IMG/VR virus record: IMGVR_UViG_3300024239_000015
Coordinates: 1 to 64,000 of that record
Direction: 5' to 3' (one strand)
DNA: 64,000 nucleotides
Below the pieces are notes generated by a model that saw only the letters and a list, made by a program, of their open reading frames with translations, ran no database searches and had not been told where the DNA came from. The first letter of the stretch is position 1. Every line of letters starts with the position of its first letter. A program made the position numbers and the translations under genes. Below, piece after piece: positions 1 through 8,954 of this stretch.

Positions 1-200
1 GTCATAAACCGTTGTAACCACGCATCGTCTTCTACAATACTGTTCGTGTGCTGTGACATCAATAACCGTAACGTCAGTAACGTCGACGGATAGTGTTCAC
101 GGTACACTTTCCTCGCTAACAGAAAGTTTTCAAACAGTAATCGATACTGTTTGACGTACTCTGTAAACTCTAGCTGTAACTCATTACTCGTAACAATCAC
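1..200 (-). CDS. Hypothetical protein, partial (runs off the window edge)
   Basis: AAGGAG RBS, then GTG at 200; the frame stays open (VIVTSNELQLEFTEYVKQY...) to position 1. Confidence 0.6.
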   Translation of the reverse strand, partial: MIVTSNELQLEFTEYVKQYRLLFENFLLARKVYREHYPSTLLTLRLLMSQHTNSIVEDDAWLQRFM

Positions 201-222
201 GTCTGTCTCCTTTTCACTAAAC

Positions 223-254
223 GGCACAGTGGGAGAGTTTCCTCCCCCACAGCC
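223..254 (-). terminator. Hairpin downstream of the helicase
   Basis: Imperfect inverted repeat gtgggagag-ttt-cctcccccac just past the helicase stop. Confidence 0.45.
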
Positions 255-257
255 TTG

Positions 258-2357
258 TTACACTTTCATTGGGGTAGGTAACGTCGTGTGTGACAACACC
301 CGATGCTGGAATAACTCCATCTTTTTCTGATGGTAATTCCGATGCGGAGGAACATCCAAACACGTTAAGTAGAAGAACTTCGGTTTCAGCGTAGGCCACA
401 GTTTCAACTGACGTAACCGTCCGATGATCTGTAGGTTCGCTTGACTGCCACTCACCGCTGTGGTTAAAATACACACCGTTAAGTTAGCGATGTCAACCGC
501 CGTACCTGCACTTCCGTACGTAGAGACAGAGATATCCGACGTCATCAAAACCTCGTAGTCTTCATCACTCGTGTACTTCGAAACCGTTAAGTCCCCCACC
601 CGGTCATCAATGTATTTCGCAATTGCGTCACACATCTCCACCTGAGCAGCTAACAACAAACACCGCTGCCCTTCCACGTACTCTGCAATAAAGCCATGTT
701 TCACCACACTCCAGATTAACTCCAAGTACCGCTTGAGTCGCTCTGGTTTGCGCATGATCCATTTCTCATACTCAATGTGACTGTACTGCCCTTTCCCGTT
801 CTTAAAGTTCAGTCCCTTCCGTTCCAGTAACTGATACTCGATGTTTCGAACGTGCGTGTACTTGATATATGCACCGCCATTCTGCCTCAAGTGCAGTGGA
901 TACGCAATCTGATACATCTTGTCAATGAAAGGGTCGTCCGACTCTAGCGTCGCTGACAGATACAACGCTTTCGGGATATGCGTGTACAAGTCAATCTTAA
1001 AGTTCGCATGAAAGTTCTGGTGACACTCGTCCAGTATACGAAACCCTACCTTCAACTCTTTATAGATGTCTTCCGGCGGGACTAGGTACTTTGGCATTCC
1101 CAAGAACTTCGTCTGCTCGTACAGACGGATGTAGTCAGAGATCGTATCCGTTGTCACGAGGATCGCTTGACAGTTGTCTGGAATGGCGTCGTTATCTGCT
1201 TGTTCCAAAATAGAGTGCAACTGTTTCTGTCCACGGACCGTGATTAACTCCTGTGGTTTTAACCCATAGTTTTCAATCAAGTCCCCTTTCCACTTGTCGA
1301 AATACCGACCTAACACCATCACTAACAAACGTGTACCGATACGCTCGTTGGCTTTGAGCGCACACGCTGTGTTGTGAGTGACGACGTGATTTTCAAAGAC
1401 ATATAAGGCGTCTGGATGATCGACTTCGATACACGTAGCTGGTGCCTCGTGTGAATATTCAATCGAAACGATTCGTAGTCCCGGCGCGTCCGGATACACA
1501 CTTCCGGTAACGCTCCACAGCCCATCTTCTTCTTTTAGCGTTGCGACACCACCGGCTTGCCACACGAGTTGTTGGTGTGCGATCGCAGCAGCTTTAGAAG
1601 TACTTACGTAGTTAGCGTTATCGAGATGGTCTTCGCCTAATAAACCTCCCTTATAGAAAGGAATGTAGCAGCGATTGTGTTTTAACCAATCCCCTATAGT
1701 GTTTGTATCGATCACCGCTTCGCTGGAATCGTCCAGTAACACTTTCCAGAGATGCTCCCCACCCGCGTAAATAAAACGTCCGTCTTCGAATAACACGCGG
1801 TGTAATTTAGACACACCGTGCGGGTATACGTTAAGGACTTTCGTGTGGGTTCCATCAGGTGCGATTACGTACTCTCCAACTCGAATGTCACCCAATTGCT
1901 TCCAACCGCCAGGGATTTTGACTAGAGTTCTGTTATCTCCTAGCTTTCCCCTGCCGGTCTGAAGGGTTACAACCTTGGTGTGTCCTTCCTCAACGATGTA
2001 GTCGATGATGGGACCTTGGTCTTCTCGAGCCACCCAACTCTCAGGCATTTTCACTTGTGACGTCGCTAAAGGGTACAGCGGATGTTCGATAATCTCCAGC
2101 TGGTCTAAGGTGTAGCCTCGTTTGGTGAACTCCGCTAAAAGTTTGTCGTACTGGTGTTTATGAAACCGCCACTCTGCTTTGTCTTCAGAGCGCGCAGCAA
2201 ATACCCGTGTGGCAGTCCGTACAAAACGCTGTCGTACTTTCTCCATGGTGTACTGCACCAGACTGTAGGTAAAGTCTTTAAGCACCAAAGCGGCTGGTGC
2301 TTCGACTTTAGTCACCTTCACTCCATGACTGTACACATCTATTCTACAAATCTTCAC
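258..2357 (-). CDS. Superfamily 2 (DEAD/UvsW-like) helicase, phiKZ gp75-like, containing an intein
   Basis: Walker A TGRGK|T is restored after intein removal; ILDECH, LSAT and QIIGRLR motifs; lies directly downstream of nvRNAP beta'-C as in phiKZ. Confidence 0.9.
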   Translation of the reverse strand: MKICRIDVYSHGVKVTKVEAPAALVLKDFTYSLVQYTMEKVRQRFVRTATRVFAARSEDKAEWRFHKHQYDKLLAEFTKRGYTLDQLEIIEHPLYPLATSQVKMPESWVAREDQGPIIDYIVEEGHTKVVTLQTGRGKLGDNRTLVKIPGGWKQLGDIRVGEYVIAPDGTHTKVLNVYPHGVSKLHRVLFEDGRFIYAGGEHLWKVLLDDSSEAVIDTNTIGDWLKHNRCYIPFYKGGLLGEDHLDNANYVSTSKAAAIAHQQLVWQAGGVATLKEEDGLWSVTGSVYPDAPGLRIVSIEYSHEAPATCIEVDHPDALYVFENHVVTHNTACALKANERIGTRLLVMVLGRYFDKWKGDLIENYGLKPQELITVRGQKQLHSILEQADNDAIPDNCQAILVTTDTISDYIRLYEQTKFLGMPKYLVPPEDIYKELKVGFRILDECHQNFHANFKIDLYTHIPKALYLSATLESDDPFIDKMYQIAYPLHLRQNGGAYIKYTHVRNIEYQLLERKGLNFKNGKGQYSHIEYEKWIMRKPERLKRYLELIWSVVKHGFIAEYVEGQRCLLLAAQVEMCDAIAKYIDDRVGDLTVSKYTSDEDYEVLMTSDISVSTYGSAGTAVDIANLTVCILTTAVSGSQANLQIIGRLRQLKLWPTLKPKFFYLTCLDVPPHRNYHQKKMELFQHRVLSHTTLPTPMKV
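1371..1943 (-). mobile_element. 191-aa class-3-type intein in the helicase Walker A motif
   Basis: Block A LGDNRTLVKIPGGWKQLGDIRVGEYV; block B EHLW; block F TCIEV; block G VVTHN followed by extein Thr; W-C-T triad present. Confidence 0.9.
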
Positions 2358-2383
2358 GTGTTGCTCCCACTAAAGACGAAAAG

Positions 2384-2415
2384 CACAGGGGGAGGTTTTG
2401 TCACCTCCCCCTGTG
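2384..2415 (-). terminator. Intrinsic terminator-like hairpin between beta'-C and the helicase
   Basis: Perfect 12-bp stem cacagggggagg/cctccccctgtg, followed by CTTTT on the minus strand. Confidence 0.7.
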
Positions 2416-2426
2416 TGACGGTTGAG

Positions 2427-4406
2427 TTACACAGTCGGGTTGATGATTGGATCAAACGGATGCGGAGTGCGTAATCGTCTCAAGAACGCTGCAGGGTCTG
2501 AGAACACTGCATGCTGCTCTTGGTACGCTGCTTGTGCAGCCAAACTACGCCCACCAATGATTTCGCTGTACCGACCGAATTGTGCTTCCCCTCCTGGTAA
2601 AGGTAAACGGAAGTCTCCTCGGCTTTTCGAACGAATCATCGTTGCTTTGAGAATCACCTCTAACAACGCAATGTTGATCACAAACTTACCGCTGACCAAG
2701 TCATAGAAATCAGCCAACGCAATTGCAAGGCTGTTGTGGTCTGAAAGATCCAAGTGTTCTTTTGCTTGGTTGTCTCCATTGCCTTTGATCAATGACTTGA
2801 CGTCTGCCATAAACTCAATCATACTGGATTGTTTCTTCGGTAGTACAAACAACGGTTGGTTGTGTGTCCAGCCTGCTAAACTCACCTTGATGTACTTCGC
2901 ATCGGTTTCGTACCCTACGCGAGCAATGTGCTCTAAGAACTCTTTGCTGAAACTAGAGAGACGAGACCCCATACAGACTGACACAGGTGTGGTTTCTCCA
3001 AACCCGTCGTCGTCTTCTGTAATAAACTGCACAGAAGAGAGTTGGGAGATTCGAGAGATACTCAAGTCGGAGATATCACACAACGCGATGTCATTTAAGT
3101 TAGGGACTTCTTCTCGTAGCACAGCAATCGTTGTGCGTTTGGGTTTGATCTTCGAGGAAATCGCTATACTGACCCGATCAGGTAACACAGCGATGTAGGG
3201 TTCGTCGTAGGTAGGTACGATAAACTCATCCACGAGCGCACTACCGTTTAAGTGTTTAGTAGACAGTACGTTTTGGGACACTGCAGAGCAGAGCTCAATA
3301 ACCGCCATATGACCTAAACTGGTTTCTTCATCGATACTCAGACCAATGTCCCCTAAGCACGCTAGACACACTCCTTTAGGGGAGATGTGTTTACATTGCA
3401 TAGGAGAGCGTAGAAAGATCGTGGTATTGACTAAGTGCGTTTCGTTCCCTAAGATTCGTTTGATACTACCGTCTGCAAGTACGTGGTTTTTACCTGCAAG
3501 AGAAGGGAGGTGTTTCTCTTTGACTGTCCAAGGAACGTAGTCTGTGGAACCACAGTCGTAATTCACAACGTGGTCGATGATGTTCCCAACCAGCTGTAGT
3601 TCACGGTTGAAATACTCAACATCCGCCAGTGGATCTTTCTGTAAGAACAGAGCAAGTGATGCAGCTCTGGATTCCATCATCGAATCCGCCAGAGTCACTA
3701 AGCCGTGTGCAAACCCATACACGATCGGTTTGTTAAACACGTTGTAACTGATGTCTTGTAGAATCCCCCGTGGACCAAACACCTGCTGGATTTGTCCAAT
3801 CTTTAAAAGAGCAGACTTGATCCCTTCCGCTACACGGTTTCCTCGTAACTCCGTGGGAGAGTTCAGAGTTTTCCCTACCACCTTATACACGTCACGGATA
3901 TGCATGTCCGCTTGTTCGCACAGCTCAGGGTCGTCCCAGTTCATGGATTGAATGCGTTCGTTTGCGGCGTAGATGTCTGGATGCTCTAACACTTCCAGAT
4001 AATCCAACGCACTGACAGACGTTACGTACGCACCCAACAACCCATTGCAGTCGTTCACTAACGTGTTGACTTGTTCGTACGCTTCTTTGCGTAAGTCCAA
4101 TACATGCACACGCCCTTGCGTGTAGTCGTGGATATCAAACATCACTCGCTCAAACAACCGTGGTGTGGTTTGAGCAGTGAGTCGTTCATTCCCAATGTGG
4201 TGACGTTTACAGATGGGTACCTCAGGCGCTCGTTTGAAGAAACTCCAGTGGTACCACGAGTAGATCGTCTCACGGATTGTCGTGGTTAACAACCCATCGT
4301 CAAAGTGGACGACACAGGGTAAGTTCTCCCCATCAATCGCTTGTGGAAGTGCCCAGATCTGCCAGCGTGTGTACTGCAGTAAATCCCGTACGTTGTACTC
4401 TAGCAT
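2427..4406 (-). CDS. Non-virion RNA polymerase beta'-like subunit, C-terminal part (phiKZ gp74-like)
   Basis: KIGQIQQVFGPRG, SRAAS..L, Zn-site RSPMQC..VC..C and SQNVLSTKH (trigger-loop region); synteny. Confidence 0.88.
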   Translation of the reverse strand: MLEYNVRDLLQYTRWQIWALPQAIDGENLPCVVHFDDGLLTTTIRETIYSWYHWSFFKRAPEVPICKRHHIGNERLTAQTTPRLFERVMFDIHDYTQGRVHVLDLRKEAYEQVNTLVNDCNGLLGAYVTSVSALDYLEVLEHPDIYAANERIQSMNWDDPELCEQADMHIRDVYKVVGKTLNSPTELRGNRVAEGIKSALLKIGQIQQVFGPRGILQDISYNVFNKPIVYGFAHGLVTLADSMMESRAASLALFLQKDPLADVEYFNRELQLVGNIIDHVVNYDCGSTDYVPWTVKEKHLPSLAGKNHVLADGSIKRILGNETHLVNTTIFLRSPMQCKHISPKGVCLACLGDIGLSIDEETSLGHMAVIELCSAVSQNVLSTKHLNGSALVDEFIVPTYDEPYIAVLPDRVSIAISSKIKPKRTTIAVLREEVPNLNDIALCDISDLSISRISQLSSVQFITEDDDGFGETTPVSVCMGSRLSSFSKEFLEHIARVGYETDAKYIKVSLAGWTHNQPLFVLPKKQSSMIEFMADVKSLIKGNGDNQAKEHLDLSDHNSLAIALADFYDLVSGKFVINIALLEVILKATMIRSKSRGDFRLPLPGGEAQFGRYSEIIGGRSLAAQAAYQEQHAVFSDPAAFLRRLRTPHPFDPIINPTV

Positions 4407-7000
4407 TTCTGTTTCCTCGCTTCTTGACGTTTACGCGTCGTAAAACGACGACCACTACATTCCATCACGTGATTCACAAACAAGTAACTCCGACCGTTCC
4501 CACGTTTGACTACGTGTTTGTCCCACACGGCTTGGATGTCCATCGGGTTGTCAGCCGTCAGTAGTTTATACGCAATCGCTTTTTGTGCTGCAGGAGAGTT
4601 TTGCATCTCCAAGAAGTCCGCTGTGGCTTGAGGTCCAATCTTTGCAACCAGCAAACGGATTTCTGCTTCACCCAGTATCCGTGTCGGGTTTTCACGCCAC
4701 GGTTTACTGTTACGATCGTTCTGCGTGAGTTTCGCTAAGATCCCATAGTGCTGACGTTTGAAGCTGCTGCCCGCTGCAGCGTCATCGCCAATCTTCTCTA
4801 ACAACATCACGTACATACTACCAATCAACACAGGGTCTTTCGTCGTGTACTCTTTCCCAGCGTAATCCTTATACGTCACAGGACCGATAGGAATAGGAAA
4901 CGACTCTCTGAGCTGTTGGATTTGTGGAGCACCAATGTTAGGACTGTGGGGTGGGAGCAACAACCTCACCACAGGCTGGCTGACCGCAAACTCCGGATGG
5001 CGATGTTGGTGAATCTGCTCATTTAACTCTTTGAGCTTTTCAGCTGGACTGAGTTTGAAGCTTAAGTACTCCTCATATTGCAACGGAGAAGCAACCGAGT
5101 AATACGCCATCAAATACCGCCACGCATCGTCCACACGTCCTCGATCCATAAACTTGATCAAGTTCTGTCGCACCCACCAACTGGTTGCGTTGACGTAATG
5201 TTCGTAAATAATACCCGGATTCATTCGTTTGGTGACCGAGTCGCCACAGAAAACCAGATGTGCTCTACGTCCCCATTGGTCTATAGGCATATCTTCCCAT
5301 TTTCTGATATCTACCAATACCCCTTTCTTTTTGTCCAGTTATGTCGCTACCATAACCCGGTGTGCTAAGACACCCGCCCTTACTTTCATAAGGGAACAGA
5401 CTATATCAATCCCACAGCGGTACGGTTTATGTACCCTGGTTGGGCCTCTCGTTTGGGGCGGCCAATCGCTTGCCGCTCTACAGGGTGGTCCAGTCCCTTA
5501 GTCGTTGAACACATCCCATACCTGTAAATAGGGTTAGGGACTTCGATGCGGATTGCCCCGACGTTACTACAGTAACGCTCTATGTCTCTTTTACCATACC
5601 TGAGTAGTTAGTTCAGCCACCGTGGAGTGATGTAAACATCACTCGATCACTGTTTCCAGCACGGCTTGGTGTACATAGTTTCTAGGGTGTTCCCGTCAGT
5701 TAGATGAGTGGCATCTAAGAATTACTTCCTAGACGAACAAAGCCTTACCGCTCATTGAGCCATAAGTTCCGTTACCAAGTAAGCCTACAGCTTTTGAACC
5801 TACATTCGGTGTGTACTTGTAGGTGTATTTGATCTTTACCCACCAATCATCCAGAGGTGCAGCACGATACGTTCTCGTTACGATCGCTTTGGCATTCTTT
5901 GGATTATTCGGTAGGGCTTCTAGTGCAAGGAAACGTTCCAGTTCAGGTGTGGTTTGCACCCGTTCCGGTTGGTACTTTCCATTTCCTATACGCCGTACGT
6001 AATCTCGATACGTTTGGATGACCTCACTGTAAAACTCATCCTGCGCAGTTTGATACCGCTGTGGTTGAGTTTCCATCCCCACTGGCGTCGGTGGGGTTTG
6101 GTTTGTAAAGTCATGGAGTACTTCGATGTCAGTGACGATCGCACCACCTTTAGCGTACACGCGTTTATCGAACTTGTAGTCGATTTCCCGTAACGCTTTA
6201 AGCGACATTTGACATGGTCCTAAGAGTTCATCGTAAGGTCGCATGACAAACAGTAACCCATCGTCTCTTATTTTCTCCCCTACGTCTGGATACGGTTTGT
6301 AATTCTCATCGTCCCCATAAAGGTTTAACAAGAAGAACTTTTTACCATAACTACAGACAGCCTCTCCAAACGCCGTAGCGCGATTGGCTTTACACCACGT
6401 ATCGGAGGCAACGATACCGTCCTCGATGATCTCTGGGATCGTCATGAACGCAATATCGGTTTCTACCCCGTACATATACTCCCCATCGTCAGTGACGTTG
6501 GGAGAGTCTGCAAACACGTATCCTTTAGGGATAATGTCCCCTGGTTTAAATTTGTTAAAGCTGTTCTGTAACTGATCCGCTCTGTATTTAAACCCGAAGG
6601 TTTGGTGCGCACAGTGGTGTGTACGTAAAAGCACCATCCCTAAGGAATGGATTCCATTTTGTAGTTTCTCCATCTCCTCGTAGATCAGGATCGTCGTGGG
6701 GTTACTGCGAAATGGAAAGCCTCCTAGTTTCTTTGGAAACTTATGGATTACTTTTAACAACCGTCCGGTGGTAGGCATCGTTTGTTTAAAAGTAGTTTGT
6801 GCGTATTCAAACTCGTGTCCTGCGATCAAGTTAGGTCGCGTAGGACAATCCACCACTAAACTTTGTGCCTGATGACCTCCCCGCATGGATAAACGCGGGG
6901 AAGACGCACAGGCGATATAGTTTACTAAATCGGTGGTGTTCCCGAGCAATTGGGGATGCAGCTCGTTTTTAGACCTGTGTACCAAGGGTCTCAAAATCAT
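4400..7000 (-). CDS. Non-virion RNA polymerase beta-like subunit, C-terminal part (phiKZ gp71-73-like), two exons: about 7000-5771 and 5326-4400
   Basis: Exon 1 ends GSKAVGLLG(N); exon 2 starts KGVLVDIRKWEDMPID, rebuilding the beta motif GDK.AGRHGNKGV..I...EDMP; KRMNPG, GSMYVMLLEK and GEAEIR follow. Confidence 0.9.
5327..5773 (-). mobile_element. Group I intron without ORF in nvRNAP beta-C
   Basis: R element GTTCAACGAC (5501-5510), S element GATATAGTC (5399-5407), P3 GCCACTC/GAGAGGC, P2 with GTAA loop, P9 CCCTTAT-GAAA-GTAAGGG; 5' boundary uncertain (5770 or 5773). Confidence 0.88.
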
Positions 7001-7104
7001 GCAGTTCTCTTCCTTTTGTTTTTTTGTATGCTCATGGATCTACCTTCCAGCAACCTAGTATGGAAGGGGTCACACTGACACTTTTGTACTACGTGTCCAG
7101 AATG

Positions 7105-7116
7105 ATAATATAGACT
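7105..7116 (-). promoter_or_regulatory. Variant of the AT-rich promoter motif, upstream of beta-C
   Basis: Minus strand AGTCTATATTAT resembles the recurring AGATATAnATTAT motif. Confidence 0.4.
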
Positions 7117-7142
7117 TCAAATCACGACGAGTAGAAACAACC

Positions 7143-7487
7143 ATGACGTTTACCGTGCAAGGGTATAGACAGCCACTTGGAGACCCGTTGTATTACAGCG
7201 ATGGATTTCTCCTGCTGTTTGAAGACCACATTGACATCCTAAAGAAAAGCCCCAATACACAACAGCTCCCGATTGCTGCAGACTTAGCTGCTCGGTTTCA
7301 GTATAATTTTATGGGACTTTTACACTTTCTCAAACCCACTCCCCCATTTGCATTTCACTTACTCATGAGACTGAATGGTCTGTCGACACCAGACCAATTC
7401 GACGTAGGGTTTGACACGTTACTCGTGCCGAACGAAGACGAGATAGAGCGCTTACGACAAGCGTATCTACGATCGTACGCAGAATAA
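7143..7487 (+). CDS. Hypothetical protein (114 aa)
   Basis: Fills the gap between two minus-strand genes and ends at a convergent hairpin. Confidence 0.7.
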   Translation: MTFTVQGYRQPLGDPLYYSDGFLLLFEDHIDILKKSPNTQQLPIAADLAARFQYNFMGLLHFLKPTPPFAFHLLMRLNGLSTPDQFDVGFDTLLVPNEDEIERLRQAYLRSYAE

Positions 7488-7546
7488 TAAGTGTTGGCTG
7501 TAAAAACCAACATCGCTCTGTAAAAAAGTGAGAAACACAGCACATC

Positions 7547-7575
7547 GCCGGAGGTTTTCACCTCCGGCTTTATGC
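7547..7575. terminator. Hairpin at a convergent junction, followed by TTTATGC
   Basis: gccggagg-ttttca-cctccggc. Confidence 0.7.
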
Positions 7576-7583
7576 GGTCTTAC

Positions 7584-8954
7584 TTACATTGGGCGTTGAT
7601 ACCCTGCTGGAGCTACTGATGCTTGTGGGGCACCGTAGTTATAGGCAGGTTGGTGGTACGCCTGCTGATACCCAGTAGCTACGTTCTGATACCCCGACTG
7701 AACATTCTGGTAACCCGGTTGTTGGTACACGTTCTGCTGGTACCCCGTCTGTGGAGCAGCTCCATAATTTCCATACGTAGCAGGTTGGATATACGCATTG
7801 CGATTCTCTTCCTGACGTTGGATCTCACGCAGTTGCCGTGGGGTCAAAGGTGTTGCTTGCATGGGAGCTTGGTGGTAGCTCGGTGTGTAGACGTTAGGGC
7901 TTTGATACCCTCCAGCAACTGGTGCTTGGTAAGCCGGAGGTTGGCTTACTGCCGAAGCCCAGGTCTTCGGCGCTTCGGTACTCACTGGAGTTGTAACAGG
8001 CGCTACTGACGTCGCTGCCTTATTCAGTGTTCCATTGTTGTTCACCGCCGTGACTTTCGACTCTTCCCCTTCCCCTTTGTTACCTGCCAGTGGAGGAATC
8101 AGACTACCGAGTTCACGAAACTCCGTCAGGTCTTGTTCCAACTGGTCTAAGTGAGGTGTGGTCCACTCCGCTAAGTCTGGACACACGTCAGAGTACAGCT
8201 CGATCACACGGTTGTAGTCTCGCATGACTTTGATATAACTCGTCAGTAGACAGTGGAAGTTCGGAGCTGTTTTATCACGAGAACCAGCGCTGTAGAATCG
8301 CTCTGGGTCTAACGCACCTGGGAGGATAAACTGCAGTAAGTCAAAGAATGCTTTCTTATCCTTCACTCGCATTTTCTTCCCGTAGATGGCGTGTTCTTTC
8401 GTGACTTTTGCTTTGAGAACATCAAAGCTCACTAACGCTGCACGTAACCACTCTGCGCCATCTAGCACTTTGTTTCGACCTACGTACGTGGAGATCAGTT
8501 TCTTATCTCCTGTACCACAGATCACGTCAAAAAGATCCACAAAGGCTTTGACCATCGTCTCGTCTGCTTCTGGCAGTACAGACAGTAACTCCGCTTGGTC
8601 CGGACTGAGTGTTTTGTGACGCTCAGTCTCAGCAGCCAGCTGCGCCAACTCAGTAAACAGAATCGCTGCTACAGAGGTTTGTCGTACGGTAAATGCGCGA
8701 CGTAACCACTTGAGTACGTCCGACTCCACACGGTCTAACGCCTCCCCCAGAGGAGCAAACGCGAGCTCCTCTTTTAAGCCCGCGGTTAAGCGTGCTTGAG
8801 TGGGCAGCACCAGAGGAAGCTTTGCAACCTGTACAGGGATTGCTCCTTTTCCAGATTGCACCAGCACGTCTGCGTTCGTGCCAATCTGTAAGCCACTGGC
8901 TTCAATGACACGACGATAAAACTCAACCACGTCATTGACTGTTTTTAACCCCAT
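7584..8954 (-). CDS. Nucleus-block protein (phiKZ gp70-like position) with a Y/Q/G-rich low-complexity C-terminus
   Basis: Lies between the PicA-like gene and beta-C; long ORF; assignment by gene order only. Confidence 0.6.
   Translation of the reverse strand: MGLKTVNDVVEFYRRVIEASGLQIGTNADVLVQSGKGAIPVQVAKLPLVLPTQARLTAGLKEELAFAPLGEALDRVESDVLKWLRRAFTVRQTSVAAILFTELAQLAAETERHKTLSPDQAELLSVLPEADETMVKAFVDLFDVICGTGDKKLISTYVGRNKVLDGAEWLRAALVSFDVLKAKVTKEHAIYGKKMRVKDKKAFFDLLQFILPGALDPERFYSAGSRDKTAPNFHCLLTSYIKVMRDYNRVIELYSDVCPDLAEWTTPHLDQLEQDLTEFRELGSLIPPLAGNKGEGEESKVTAVNNNGTLNKAATSVAPVTTPVSTEAPKTWASAVSQPPAYQAPVAGGYQSPNVYTPSYHQAPMQATPLTPRQLREIQRQEENRNAYIQPATYGNYGAAPQTGYQQNVYQQPGYQNVQSGYQNVATGYQQAYHQPAYNYGAPQASVAPAGYQRPM

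Noticed and set aside
5325-5352. Alternative beta-C exon 2 start reading SDITGQK
   Set aside because: It needs a frameshift to join KGV, lies within the P9.2 stem, and matches the beta motif worse than VGLLGN from exon 1. Kept only as a minor alternative.
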